A program made the position numbers and the translations under genes. Source: Ignavibacteriota bacterium (GTDB lineage Bacteria > Bacteroidota > Ignavibacteria > UBA10030). Taken from it: a stretch of 64,000 nt of DNA. Position 1 is the first letter of the stretch, and every line of letters starts with the position of its first letter. Location: the NCBI GenBank assembly GCA_963727825.1, contig CAVSHO010000010.1, positions 32,001-96,000 of the forward strand, in the 5' to 3' direction. The notes below the pieces were generated by a model. That model was given only the letters and a program-made list of their open reading frames with translations. It ran no database searches and was not told the DNA's origin. Below, piece by piece: positions 20,381-31,295 of the stretch.

Positions 20381-21319
20381 TCACGAATCAAAAAATAATC
20401 TGACAATTGCAGGTGTAATATGCGTCAGATTCTTTATCTGATTTTTCAATTGATGACATTGCTTGCCTACAATAATGCATGGCACTCTGTTGCGTGTGTG
20501 TGACTTGGTAGAAAGATCTTCAATATTGCCGTGGTCGCTGACAATCAATAATAATGTATTGCAAGGATCGAATGATTCTAAAAAACCGGATAAAAATTCA
20601 TCTAAACGTTCCAGTACTTCTACTGCAAACGCCATCTTCTGACTATGACCAGCATGATCGGTTAGCCAGTACTCGAACAGTGTAAAATCATGCCGTGCCA
20701 CAATGTGGGATAGATGCTTGCCTGCCGTTTTAGGCGCGATCGGTTTAATATCAGGATGTCCAAGTTCAGGCCATTGAGTGCGAATAAAGTCTGCAGAAAT
20801 TCCTTCATCTCTCTGAAGCTCTTGTCCAGTAAGTAGTGGAATACCGGCGAGCTGACACGAAAGCGTTGTAACTGTAAGCCGTCGACTACCGGATTCTGTG
20901 TAATCGAAAAAACGTTGTGGAAAAGCATTCGCAAATACAACCGATTTGCCGATCGTTTTCAATTGATGAAATATATTTTTCTCAGCAATAATCGGATGAA
21001 GAATTAATGGCGGATATGGGCCAAAATGTCGCCCGAATTTCTTTGCTCCATTAATTCCAGTAAAAATCGCAGTTTGACCCGTACCACTTTGAGGCAAACC
21101 AGATACCCCAAGCGTTGCATTAATCGCAGTTATTTCCGTCTGATCTGTAGATTTTTTTTTAAATGGCGTATGCGGTAGTTCTCCTCCGCACAACGCAGTC
21201 AGCGTTGGCATTCGTGCACGAAAGAATGGATTGATATCCGCATCTTTCTTTCCGATGCCGACCCCATCTAGAAAGAGAAGAACTACATGCAGATTCGAAT
21301 TTTGGGCTTCAATCCCCAA
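20381..21319 (-). CDS. Alkaline-phosphatase-superfamily metalloenzyme (phosphoglycerate-mutase-like)
   Basis: FLDGVG, PQSGTGQ, TDHAGH, SDHGNIED, HTRNRVP. Confidence 0.8.
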   Translation of the reverse strand: MGIEAQNSNLHVVLLFLDGVGIGKKDADINPFFRARMPTLTALCGGELPHTPFKKKSTDQTEITAINATLGVSGLPQSGTGQTAIFTGINGAKKFGRHFGPYPPLILHPIIAEKNIFHQLKTIGKSVVFANAFPQRFFDYTESGSRRLTVTTLSCQLAGIPLLTGQELQRDEGISADFIRTQWPELGHPDIKPIAPKTAGKHLSHIVARHDFTLFEYWLTDHAGHSQKMAFAVEVLERLDEFLSGFLESFDPCNTLLLIVSDHGNIEDLSTKSHTRNRVPCIIVGKQCHQLKNQIKNLTHITPAIVRLFFDS

Positions 21320-21338
21320 AGGTAAATTTCCCTTATAA

Positions 21339-21791
21339 CTATCGATTCTTGCTTTCTAGCATCAATGTTACTGGTCCATCATTGACAAGCTCTACATCCA
21401 TCATCGCACGAAATATACCGGAAGCAACATGCTGTTCGTCCAAATGTTTTTTTAAATGTCTGTTAAAATGGTCGTATAGAGCTTCAGCAATCTGCGGAGG
21501 TGCAGCATCTGAATAACTTGGCCGGTTGCCTTTTTGAGTATCACCGTAAAGTGTGAATTGCGAAACCACAATCGCCTCGCCCTTTACATCTTTAACCGAA
21601 AGATTCATCTTCCCTGTTTTATCTTCAAAGATACGTAGAGACGAACACCGCTCAGCAAGATACTCCGCATCGGATTCTGTGTCGCCCTTCTTTATACCAA
21701 GCAGGATAAGCATCCCCTTTTCGATGGAACTATGCAATGTTCCTTCAATAGTAACTGAACATCGCTTCACTCGCTGAACTAACACACGCAT
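21339..21791 (-). CDS. dtd: D-aminoacyl-tRNA deacylase
   Basis: MRVLVQRV, SQFTL, GNRPS, NDGPVT. Confidence 0.95.
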   Translation of the reverse strand: MRVLVQRVKRCSVTIEGTLHSSIEKGMLILLGIKKGDTESDAEYLAERCSSLRIFEDKTGKMNLSVKDVKGEAIVVSQFTLYGDTQKGNRPSYSDAAPPQIAEALYDHFNRHLKKHLDEQHVASGIFRAMMDVELVNDGPVTLMLESKNR

Positions 21792-21894
21792 GGCAGTAAT
21801 TATCCGATTGTAAAAAGAAACCCACCATTGAAAAAGTTTCATTTTACTTGCTATCTTGAATATCTTTCTTATTATTCTCGCGTAAGGTTCGCAA

Positions 21895-22812
21895 TCAATT
21901 TAGACTTATCAGATTCGATGGTAAACCTGTCCAAATTCCGGAAACAACGCGTGGTATTCCTTGTAAATCATTTGTAATTTGAAGCTGATCTATTCCAGCA
22001 TTCTTCAATTCACGTGCAACCTTCTCTGCCTGGTTAAAACCGACTTCAAACATGATGCCTCCGCCGGGCTTGAGAATATCAGGAATAATTCCAATGAGGC
22101 GATGGTAGAATTTAAATCCGTCCTTGCCGTCGGTCAATGCTACCGAAGGTTCGAAATCTCGCACTTCTATTTGTAGTTGTTCCCACTCGTCTTTCGGAAC
22201 ATAAGGAGGATTGCTCACGAGAACATCAAATCTTTTTTGGAATAATTCCTCTGTTCGATCAAACACATCGACCAAAGAAAATTGGATTTGTGAATCAACA
22301 GAATGCAGTCGCGCATTCTTCTCAGCAACAATCAATGCTTCCTTACTAACGTCGATAGCCGTAACTTGTACATGTTTGATATACTTTGCAATAGATACCG
22401 CAATATTCCCGCTTCCCGTTCCAACTTCTAGCACTTGAATCTGTGCATCGTCAGGATATCGCTGGCACAACAACATCGCTTGTTCGATGAGAGTTTCTGT
22501 TTCAGGGCGTGGAATAAGCACTCGTGAATCGACGGCAAAGTGAAGTCCCATAAAACTCGTTGAACCGATAATATACTGAACCGGTTCTCGCTTTAATCGT
22601 CGTTCATATAATGTTCGGAATTGCTTAAGTTCTTCTGATTTAAGAGGCTTATCAAAATGGAGATATAGCTGAATGCGTTGTATGTCTAACGCATGTGCAA
22701 GAAGGAGTTCAACGTTGAGACGGGCATCCTCAAATCCCTTACGTTGAAGGTGCTCTATTGCAGATTTCATTAATTCGCGGACAGTCCATACTCGTGTCTT
22801 ATCTTCTGGCAT
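21895..22812 (-). CDS. prmC: Release factor glutamine methyltransferase
   Basis: EPVQYIIG, VLIPRPETE, GTGSGNIA, SNPPY. Confidence 0.95.
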   Translation of the reverse strand: MPEDKTRVWTVRELMKSAIEHLQRKGFEDARLNVELLLAHALDIQRIQLYLHFDKPLKSEELKQFRTLYERRLKREPVQYIIGSTSFMGLHFAVDSRVLIPRPETETLIEQAMLLCQRYPDDAQIQVLEVGTGSGNIAVSIAKYIKHVQVTAIDVSKEALIVAEKNARLHSVDSQIQFSLVDVFDRTEELFQKRFDVLVSNPPYVPKDEWEQLQIEVRDFEPSVALTDGKDGFKFYHRLIGIIPDILKPGGGIMFEVGFNQAEKVARELKNAGIDQLQITNDLQGIPRVVSGIWTGLPSNLISLN

Positions 22813-22818
22813 ACTGAT

Positions 22819-23361
22819 TTATTTCTTGCTCCGCTTATGCGCTTTCGATTTTTGGTTTTTAACTGGTTTCGTCCGTTTTACTAATCTAGATTTTTGATGA
22901 GAAGTTTTTTTCTTCAATGCTAATTTGACGGTTTTCTTTGGTGCGACTGCCGTTTTTTTGTTGACTGAAGTATTTTTTGATTTCATGATCTGGCCGGCAA
23001 ATGCCCTTCGTCGAATACTCCCTACTTCCTCTTCGTCCTCACTGATGATAGTTTCAACAATTTTTCTGCTTCGCAACTTCACACGATCTTCTGAAAAGAA
23101 GCCAAGTTGTTCCATATCTGAATCCGCGATTTCAATATCCGGCAAGATTTCTTCATCCTCCTGAATTTTTAATTGCGCAGGTACAATCTGGAAACGGTTA
23201 TCAGCTTCAAGCATCGCGCTAAAATCTGATAAGGATGCGATTTCGAATCCTTTGGTCTTAGAACGGTGAGCGACCTCTTCCCATACTTTACGAACCGGCA
23301 CCAAAGGCTCTTGTTCATCCCTGAGAATCAACTCGGCTTCATTTAAACATTTCTCATACAC
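22819..23361 (-). CDS. Hypothetical protein with acidic middle and Lys-rich C-terminal tail
   Basis: Open frame in operon context; GTG at 23361 preceded by aaggag. Confidence 0.6.
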   Translation of the reverse strand: MYEKCLNEAELILRDEQEPLVPVRKVWEEVAHRSKTKGFEIASLSDFSAMLEADNRFQIVPAQLKIQEDEEILPDIEIADSDMEQLGFFSEDRVKLRSRKIVETIISEDEEEVGSIRRRAFAGQIMKSKNTSVNKKTAVAPKKTVKLALKKKTSHQKSRLVKRTKPVKNQKSKAHKRSKK

Positions 23362-23416
23362 TGCAAACTCCTTTGTTGAGAATAGGGTAAGAATATTTTC
23401 TATGAAAAATGTAAAG

Positions 23417-24661
23417 TTATTTCGAGGAAAGCGCAAGTTTCATATACGGATTTGGCATGCGTACTAATAGAACGAAGCCGACAAGACCAATAATTAATGA
23501 GAACACAAAGACAAAGTTGTAACCATAGAATGCGCTCAACCATCCAGCGAGAGGAGTAACAAGGTAGAATGGAGCGAACCAGGCGTTCATCAATCCTACG
23601 TACATTGGGCGTTCTCCATAAGGTGCGCATTCAACGGCAAAATTGTACCGCATTGCTGTTTCAGCACCAACATTTACGCCGAAGAAAAGGAAAACAAAAT
23701 AGAACCAGTTTACAGATTGTGCTAAACATGCAATTGCAATTGCCAGCAGCAGGCTTACCCCGCAGACAACTAAGGCGCTCTTAGTTCCTTTTGCATCAGC
23801 AAGCCAACCTAATAGTACACCGCTAATGATCTGTCCGGTAATCATTAGGATTGTGAATACACCAATTACGTATTCAGAAATTTCGAATCGCTTTATAGCT
23901 GTAATAGTAAAGAATGCGGCTGATGAAAAACTGATTGTCAGCAAAGCAGAAGCAACTAGAAATTTTCTATAGGGACGATTTACTGCAACAATTGACCGTA
24001 CACGAGAAAATAATTCTGAAAGATGCACAGGAATTGAAACAGGAGAAGGCAGCTCTTCTACAACCTTGCGTTGTGTCGCCAAAGAACTCATTTGAAATAT
24101 AAACGCAAGTCCTATAGCTGAAGCATAATTATATGGAAACCGGAAAATCGTAAGCATCGCTGTTAATATGAAACTATTTACAAAAGCCAGCACGGCGGCA
24201 AGAGTAACTCGCCAGCCCATTATTTTTCCTCTTCTTTCTGGTGAAGTTGTTTTTACAAGGAAATCCATCCAGATGGGAGAAATCGTACCGGACGTAGCCT
24301 GATTAGAAATATATAATAGAAATAGTAACGTAAGGGAAAGTGTCGGTGCAGAAGCTCCCCACAATGCAATAACACAGGCAAGCAGAAGAATATCCAAACG
24401 CTGAATGAATCCATATCTAATAACTGCAGATTTACGGTATTGCGACGCGCCCAAATAGTTTGCCGAAATAACCTGCGGCATATAGTAGGCAAGATATACA
24501 ACAACAGGCCATGTGCCGATAAGTATATCACTGCCGCCTAATCGTTTAATAAGCGCAGGCATCATTGTCTGTACAGGAATTAGGGCTCCTGTACTGATGT
24601 AGAGCGCTCCTTCAACGATATGGTAACGTTCATTTTTCGATTGTTGTTCGTGCGAATTCAT
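23417..24661 (-). CDS. MFS transporter
   Basis: About 12 hydrophobic segments; GWLADAKGTK motif A; ERRGK. Confidence 0.85.
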   Translation of the reverse strand: MNSHEQQSKNERYHIVEGALYISTGALIPVQTMMPALIKRLGGSDILIGTWPVVVYLAYYMPQVISANYLGASQYRKSAVIRYGFIQRLDILLLACVIALWGASAPTLSLTLLFLLYISNQATSGTISPIWMDFLVKTTSPERRGKIMGWRVTLAAVLAFVNSFILTAMLTIFRFPYNYASAIGLAFIFQMSSLATQRKVVEELPSPVSIPVHLSELFSRVRSIVAVNRPYRKFLVASALLTISFSSAAFFTITAIKRFEISEYVIGVFTILMITGQIISGVLLGWLADAKGTKSALVVCGVSLLLAIAIACLAQSVNWFYFVFLFFGVNVGAETAMRYNFAVECAPYGERPMYVGLMNAWFAPFYLVTPLAGWLSAFYGYNFVFVFSLIIGLVGFVLLVRMPNPYMKLALSSK

Positions 24662-24675
24662 GTTCTTTCTATAAC

Positions 24676-24703
24676 AAAAAAGGTCACACTATGTGACCTT
24701 TTT
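24676..24703 (-). terminator. Intrinsic terminator (potentially bidirectional)
   Basis: aaaaaaggtcaca-cta-tgtgaccttttt. Confidence 0.75.
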
Positions 24704-24729
24704 ATTCAACATCGTCGAGCGGCCTACTG

Positions 24730-25134
24730 CTACTTCTTCATTTTCTCGGCAAAGAGCTGTGCAACTTTTTCAATGTCATATCCAACTTTTGGCAGATAAA
24801 TACCCCCATGTTTTTCAACCATCGATTTTAATGTATCGTATGCATCAGCACTACAAAAAAAAGTCGGCGTTGTTCGATTCGGACTTTCTTTTTTCGCTAA
24901 TTGAAGAAGTGCAATACCGGGAAGATGCCCTTTCAGGCTGTTATCTTTAAAATCGTTATCAAGGATTATTAGATTAAAAACTTCAGATTTTATCTTTGCC
25001 CATGTTTCCACACTCGTAGTTGTTTCAACGATTTCAATCTCGTCTCCTAAAATAGCTGTGACAACTTCGAGAGCAAAACCATGGGATTTGCGCTGTCCTT
25101 CATCGTCATCTGCTACGAGAACTTTATACGTCAT
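24730..25134 (-). CDS. Single-domain response regulator (REC)
   Basis: KVLVADDD, LIILD, FCSA, YLPK. Confidence 0.8.
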   Translation of the reverse strand: MTYKVLVADDDEGQRKSHGFALEVVTAILGDEIEIVETTTSVETWAKIKSEVFNLIILDNDFKDNSLKGHLPGIALLQLAKKESPNRTTPTFFCSADAYDTLKSMVEKHGGIYLPKVGYDIEKVAQLFAEKMKK

Positions 25135-25248
25135 TAGATTATTTTTCGATTAGAAATACTTTAGTATTCTTTTTTTCTATACTACAAACTTTTCATGGTA
25201 AAAACAATAACCCTATTCTTTCGTTAAATCTTAGCATACGAACGGCTA

Positions 25249-26997
25249 TTATTGGCGCGTATACACGACTTTACCCCCAAGCACAGTCGACTCCACCTGG
25301 ATAGCCGGTATCTCAATTACGGGACATCGATATATATCCTTTGAAATAACGATAAAGTCTGCAAGTTTTCCGCGTTCAAGTGACCCTTTCAGATTTTCCT
25401 CAAATGCCGCATATGCAGCCCATGTCGTGTAACCACGGATTGCTTCTTCCCGCGTCATTTTCTCTGAAGCGTACCATCCATTAACAAACGCCGTTGTATC
25501 AGCGTATCCGTCGGCAGGAGGTTGAAAATATTTGCGCATATCATCAATATTTTTCGGTATTCCATTCTTGTCCTGCCGAGTACACGCAGCATAAATTCCA
25601 AAGAACGGATTTGAACTTTCGACAGGAAAGTCTGAACCCTCTGGAATAACAACACCGGTATTTAACAATGATCGCCAAGCATACGCCCCGCGAATCCGTT
25701 TTGATCCGAGCCGTGATTCTGCCCAATACATATCAGTAGTACATTGTATCGTCTGCATGCTCGGAATAACATTAAGCTGCTTGAAGCGGGGAATATCTTC
25801 TGGTGATAGTACCTGAGCATGCTCTATACGCAATCTTGCAAAAGGCAATTGATGCTTTTTCAATGCTGATTCGTACACATTAAGAATAATGGCATTTGCT
25901 CTATCGCCAATTGCATGCGTGCAGACTTGGAAACCATAATCCAGTGATTCATTTACTAATTTAGATAATTCATCTTCTGAAAGCATTGTCAGTCCACGAT
26001 TGTTTGAATCATCAGAATATGGTTCGATTAAAGCTGCTCCGCGAGAACCCAGTGCACCATCGATATATATTTTTAATGCGCGAATAGTAAGTTTGTTGTT
26101 TCCATACCCGATTAGCTTTCCTTCCTTTTTTATTTTATTCCACAACTCCCCTGGTCCATCGATTGCGGCATATACGCGTATAGGAAATATGTTTTCATCG
26201 ATCATTTTCTTGTATAATTCAAATTGCCTCGCATCCACTCCCATTTCTTGAACCGATGTGAGTCCTACTGAAGCACATTCTTCTGTCGCAAGTCGAATCG
26301 CCTCGCGCATTTCCTGTTCGCTGGGTTCTGGTACGAATTTATAGATCAATTCCATTGCTGCATCAACAAAGACTCCGGTTGGTTCTCCATCGGCATAACG
26401 TACGATCTTGCCACCGGGCGGATCAGGCGTTTGTTTATTTACACCGGCAATTTCTAAAGCGCGCTTGTTCACCCAGCAAGCATGTCCATCAATACGAACG
26501 AGACAGACAGGATTATTCCGTGCATTCGCATCCAATGATTTCTTAGTCGGGAATGATTTCGACTGCCATTCATTTTGATCCCAACCGCTTCCGCGAATCC
26601 ACTGCTCAGGTTTTGACACAACCGCTCGCCGAGCAATTTTCTCTGCTGCTTCCTTTTCAGAATGTGTCCCCAATAAGTCAACTGTCATTCGAGAAAGACC
26701 AAGCCCGTAAAGATGACAATGTGCATCAATGAGCCCGGGTAATACCGTCTTTCCGCCCAGATCGATAATATTTTTCCCCTTAAATTTCCGCTCGATGTAC
26801 TCGCCTGTCCCTATTCCAACAATCCTGTCATTCACAATCGCCATTGCTTCTGCGATGGTGCTGTTTGCATCCATCGTGTAAATATGGCAGTCGGTATATA
26901 TAGTGTCTACGCGTTCAGGCATATATCGGTTTAAGAAAACAACGATGATAACTTCTGTGATCACAAACAAGATAAACCACTTGAGTTGAGTCGGCAT
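25249..26997 (-). CDS. Amidohydrolase 3 (YtcJ-like)
   Basis: PGLIDAHCH, DGALGSRGA, HAIGDRA, RIEHAQ, GSDFPVE, GKLADF. Confidence 0.9.
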   Translation of the reverse strand: MPTQLKWFILFVITEVIIVVFLNRYMPERVDTIYTDCHIYTMDANSTIAEAMAIVNDRIVGIGTGEYIERKFKGKNIIDLGGKTVLPGLIDAHCHLYGLGLSRMTVDLLGTHSEKEAAEKIARRAVVSKPEQWIRGSGWDQNEWQSKSFPTKKSLDANARNNPVCLVRIDGHACWVNKRALEIAGVNKQTPDPPGGKIVRYADGEPTGVFVDAAMELIYKFVPEPSEQEMREAIRLATEECASVGLTSVQEMGVDARQFELYKKMIDENIFPIRVYAAIDGPGELWNKIKKEGKLIGYGNNKLTIRALKIYIDGALGSRGAALIEPYSDDSNNRGLTMLSEDELSKLVNESLDYGFQVCTHAIGDRANAIILNVYESALKKHQLPFARLRIEHAQVLSPEDIPRFKQLNVIPSMQTIQCTTDMYWAESRLGSKRIRGAYAWRSLLNTGVVIPEGSDFPVESSNPFFGIYAACTRQDKNGIPKNIDDMRKYFQPPADGYADTTAFVNGWYASEKMTREEAIRGYTTWAAYAAFEENLKGSLERGKLADFIVISKDIYRCPVIEIPAIQVESTVLGGKVVYTRQ

Positions 26998-27172
26998 GAT
27001 AATTCCTTACAGATACGTGATGACTCATTCCAATAGAGACTTAGCAAGTGCAAAAATAGATTTATCAGTATATTTAAATGCTAATGTACCTTGTGGAAAA
27101 GGGAATTGCAAACAAAATCCAAGTTTGGGCTAAAACGAGATGTTTTGTTACACACAATTAATCGATTCATTC

Positions 27173-27201
27173 TTGATTCCACTCCAATAATCTGCTAACT
27201 T
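27173..27201 (+). promoter_or_regulatory. sigma70-type promoter upstream of the DUF2334/GT2 operon
   Basis: TTGATT-17 nt-TAACTT with TG extension. Confidence 0.45.
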
Positions 27202-27314
27202 CAGTACAGAACAAGTGATTCATAAAACAGCCTGCAATGGTGCGATACACTTCAACCCTTTACGGGCTGTTTGTCTAATCATCCTCATTAAAATGAATAT
27301 ATATTGATAGAACA

Positions 27315-30300
27315 ATGAGATTAATAAAAGGCTTCATGATAAAGACTTTCTGGATTCTACTTCTCCTTTTCACTTATTCCATATATCAGAAATCCCTTGC
27401 TCTTTCAACAGACAAACCACCACTCAAGAAAATTCTCATAGTTGTGCAAGGCACATCAAGTTTGAAGAACTACGCAATAGGAGATGGTCGCCAACTTGCT
27501 GAATTAATGGGACACTTTAATACATCAGTAATAATTACGGGTGATAAAGAGTATAAATTCGGTGAGCTAAATAATTTTGATTATACATTTTATATCGGTT
27601 CTGAAATTCACAATGAGGTACCGACGAAATTTCTTTTAGATGTTTATAACACAAACAAACCGGTTATCTGGCTGAACACCGGTATGGTAGAATTCTGCCA
27701 GCGATACGATATGAAAAAGAGATTCGGTTTCACTGTAAGTGGAATTGATTCCATCACAAAATTCGATCAAGTAACGGCAAATGGTACGGTCTTCACAAAG
27801 GGCGAACCTCGCCTCGGCATGATTCATGTCAGCCACCCAAACATTTCAAAGGTTATTGCTAAAGCGTATTCAACCGCCAAGCAGAAAGAATCACCATACG
27901 CCATCTCTGCAAAAAACCTTATATACTTTGCTGATTCGCCTTTCGCATATGCTATTCCCGGTGATCATTATAATTATTTTGCTGATTTTCTGCACGACAT
28001 TCTTCATGAAAACCATGAAACCTCGCATCGTGCTTTTATTCGCATCGAGGATATATCGGTATTTGATAATCCTGACAACCTTCGCGAGATTGCAGACATT
28101 CTTTCAAGCCGCGGCATACCGTTTATGGTTGGAGTGATTCCATTTTTCGTCGATCCAGGTGAAGGCACACGTTTAAGCCTGTCAGATAAACCGGAACTCG
28201 TTGATGCTCTGAAGTATATGGTACATAACGGCGGAACCATAGTGATGCACGGTGTCACTCATCAATACAAAGGTGTAACAGCTGTAGATTACGAATTCTG
28301 GGATGACAATACAAGCGGACCCATAAAAGGCGAAACAGAAGATGGCGATGCCCGTAAAATTGAAATGGGGATTCAAGAATTTATGAAGAATGGGCTCTAT
28401 CCTCTCGTTTGGGAAACGCCTCATTATACCGCTTCTTTCATTTTATATAAAACAATTGCAAAATATTTTAGTACAGCTTGCGAACAACGACTTTCTATGG
28501 AAGACGCCGACTACAGCCAGTACTTCCCTTACATAATTAATAAGGATTTGTTTGGACAAAAGATCTACCCTGAAAATCTTGGTTATGTTCCCCTAAATCC
28601 GGACAAAGAAGCAAGCCGCGCCTCCGTCGATTTAATTTTAAAGTATGCCAAAGCACAATTATATATTCGCGATGGCGTTGTTGGTGCATTCTTTCACGAA
28701 TTCCTTGATCTTGATCTTTTAAAACAACTTGCCGATGGATTTGAAGAACTTGGATACACTTTTCTTGATATGCGAGAAGAAACAAATTGGGTCAAATCGA
28801 AGGATCATGTAATCCTTTCCGGCACACAAGATTATTCTATTACTCTGCAAGATCAATATTTATCGGAAGCATATTTTGACAAAACAGGAGAAGTGCGAGA
28901 TCGAAAAATTTCTGAGAAGCGCCTCCTTGGGAATATTACGAAGCACATAACTTTAGAGCCAGACGAGTTCTATAAAGCTGAACCGATAGAATTCCGTGAA
29001 CGCGAACAGACATTCCTCGAGAAAGCCGTCTCTAAAGCAGACCGTGTTTATGACAACATTTTTACAAAGGAAGAAGATTGGAAGCCGGCCCGTGTAATGC
29101 TGCTATGGAATCACTTCGCACGCGGTGCATTTTTCAATGATCAAGCATCGTTTGCATCAGCATTTCGAAGTGTCAACATAATGATCGACACTGTATTTCT
29201 TGGACAACCTCTGCATTTAGGTCAACACAACCTTCTTATTGTTCCTGTATCAATCGTAGATTCACTTACGGATGAAGATTATTCTACTATAACAAACTAT
29301 GTGGCATCGGGCGGGAATATTGTTCTTGATACTAAGACCGACCTTGCGAAAGATTTTGGAATTGAATATGCCAGTACACGTATCAATGTACGCCGCGTCC
29401 GGGACAATTTGTTCCCCGAAGAACAAATCGTTTGGCGGTACGCTGAACTTGTGAATAAATTTGACTCCGACAATCTTGATAAGGTATTCTGTGCCGATGA
29501 AGTAACCGAGACGCCGATGGTTATAGGCAAACATTACGGTAAGGGAAAAATTCTTTATATCAACTCGCGTTTCGATCCATATTCACAGCAAGGATATTCT
29601 CAATATCCGTTCTTCATTGATTATATCCGCCGATTCTTTCAACTGCGTCCGATTGTTAGGCGTGAACAGGTCGAAGTTTATTTCGAGCCTGGATATCGAG
29701 CTCTCTATAGTATCGAGACCCTCATCAAGTCGTGGGTCTCAAACGGCATCCGCATCGTGCATATCGGGGGATGGCAACAATATCCAAAATACACATATGA
29801 TTATGCTCGTTTGATCCGTCTTGCGCATGCGAATGGCATTCTTGTTTACGCATGGTTAGAGCCACCGCAAATAAGTCAAATGTTTTGGACTAATCATCCG
29901 GAGTGGCGGGAAAAAAATGTAAATGGTGATGACGCAAAACCATCTTGGCGATATCCTATTGCATTGACAGATACGCTCTGCATCAAAGAGATGACAAAAG
30001 AGTTCCGCACATTTCTTGAATCATACGATTGGGACGGAGTTAATCTTGCAGAATTGTATTTTGAATCAGGCAAAGGATTTGAACAACCAGCGCTTTTTAC
30101 TCCCGGCCATCCGTCTGCAAAGCTTGAATTGAAACGAAAGTTTGGTATCGATCTGAAAGCTGCGTTTGATTCGCTTTCTCCATCATTTTGGAAAACTAAT
30201 GCGGCTGTGAAGAATACAATTATCAACTATCGCGTGCAAAAAATTAGAAATGTTTACGAGATATTGCTCAATGCATTTAGCGACCTGGCAAAGACAAAAC

Positions 30301-31289
30301 CAGGATTCCAAATCATTGTCACGGCTTTCGACAGCTTTGGCTCGCCGGAACTTCGCGAACAATTCGGAGTTGATATGCACAGCGTTCTCGACCTTCAAAA
30401 GCAATATGGATTTACATTGCAAGTTGAGGATCCACAATCGAAATGGTCGCTTGATCCGCGTCGCTATACAGATATGGGAAAGCAGTACAGTAAACTGATT
30501 GATTCCTCCAAACTAATGTTAGATTTGAACATCCTTAACTTCCGCAATAAGGATGCAATCATTCCATTCCCGACACTTATTCAAACTGGAACTGAAAGCT
30601 TCCAGCTCATTCGCTCTGCTTCACTTGGCGCTCCACGTTTTACAATTTATTCTGAGTCAAGTGTCAATCCTCAAGATTTAAGTCTCTTTGCAAACGCACT
30701 CGCAAGCGACGTTCATTATCGTTTCACCGAATCGGGAATAAGTGTACAAACACCATCTTCATTCGTGCTGCGTCTTCCAAAAGAAATAACTGAAATCACA
30801 TTGGATGGAACCCCGCTGCCGCCTTTTCGAGATAATCGATACGTGATTCCGGCAGGCGAGCATTCGATTATATTGGCACCGCAGACTAAAAGCAACTTCT
30901 CTACACATGAGCTCCAGACACGCATCATGTCTGCAACCGGAGAAATCAAGTCTTTGAGTTACGGTTTGCGGGATGTTAATCTGGATTACGTTTCCGATGC
31001 GCGCATGCTGATTTCCTTGAGCAACTTGCCTACATCTGTAACAGTCGATGGCTCTCCAGTGGATTTCACAGCGATGAAAGGAAACGATTGCTTCAGTATC
31101 TTCCTTCCTTCTGGCAGCCATAGAGCAAACATTATTGCAGGTGATCGGTTTGCATACGGAATTAATTATACTAGTTTTTGGTCAACAACAGCAATTGCGG
31201 TGTTCAGTGCGCTTGCGATATCATTGCTTCTATTAATGTATTTGTATCTGAAATTTGTCAGGCGTAATTCAAAAAATCGAGAGGTGTAA
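27315..31289 (+). CDS. Large multidomain DUF2334 (YdaL-like polysaccharide deacetylase) protein with further GH-like domains and C-terminal membrane anchor
   Basis: IRIEDI, MHGVTHQY, WETPHY, FFHEF (CE4-like); later WDGVNLAELYFE TIM-barrel-like region; signal peptide and C-terminal TM helix. Confidence 0.75.
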   Translation: MRLIKGFMIKTFWILLLLFTYSIYQKSLALSTDKPPLKKILIVVQGTSSLKNYAIGDGRQLAELMGHFNTSVIITGDKEYKFGELNNFDYTFYIGSEIHNEVPTKFLLDVYNTNKPVIWLNTGMVEFCQRYDMKKRFGFTVSGIDSITKFDQVTANGTVFTKGEPRLGMIHVSHPNISKVIAKAYSTAKQKESPYAISAKNLIYFADSPFAYAIPGDHYNYFADFLHDILHENHETSHRAFIRIEDISVFDNPDNLREIADILSSRGIPFMVGVIPFFVDPGEGTRLSLSDKPELVDALKYMVHNGGTIVMHGVTHQYKGVTAVDYEFWDDNTSGPIKGETEDGDARKIEMGIQEFMKNGLYPLVWETPHYTASFILYKTIAKYFSTACEQRLSMEDADYSQYFPYIINKDLFGQKIYPENLGYVPLNPDKEASRASVDLILKYAKAQLYIRDGVVGAFFHEFLDLDLLKQLADGFEELGYTFLDMREETNWVKSKDHVILSGTQDYSITLQDQYLSEAYFDKTGEVRDRKISEKRLLGNITKHITLEPDEFYKAEPIEFREREQTFLEKAVSKADRVYDNIFTKEEDWKPARVMLLWNHFARGAFFNDQASFASAFRSVNIMIDTVFLGQPLHLGQHNLLIVPVSIVDSLTDEDYSTITNYVASGGNIVLDTKTDLAKDFGIEYASTRINVRRVRDNLFPEEQIVWRYAELVNKFDSDNLDKVFCADEVTETPMVIGKHYGKGKILYINSRFDPYSQQGYSQYPFFIDYIRRFFQLRPIVRREQVEVYFEPGYRALYSIETLIKSWVSNGIRIVHIGGWQQYPKYTYDYARLIRLAHANGILVYAWLEPPQISQMFWTNHPEWREKNVNGDDAKPSWRYPIALTDTLCIKEMTKEFRTFLESYDWDGVNLAELYFESGKGFEQPALFTPGHPSAKLELKRKFGIDLKAAFDSLSPSFWKTNAAVKNTIINYRVQKIRNVYEILLNAFSDLAKTKPGFQIIVTAFDSFGSPELREQFGVDMHSVLDLQKQYGFTLQVEDPQSKWSLDPRRYTDMGKQYSKLIDSSKLMLDLNILNFRNKDAIIPFPTLIQTGTESFQLIRSASLGAPRFTIYSESSVNPQDLSLFANALASDVHYRFTESGISVQTPSSFVLRLPKEITEITLDGTPLPPFRDNRYVIPAGEHSIILAPQTKSNFSTHELQTRIMSATGEIKSLSYGLRDVNLDYVSDARMLISLSNLPTSVTVDGSPVDFTAMKGNDCFSIFLPSGSHRANIIAGDRFAYGINYTSFWSTTAIAVFSALAISLLLLMYLYLKFVRRNSKNREV

Positions 31290-31295
31290 TATTTC

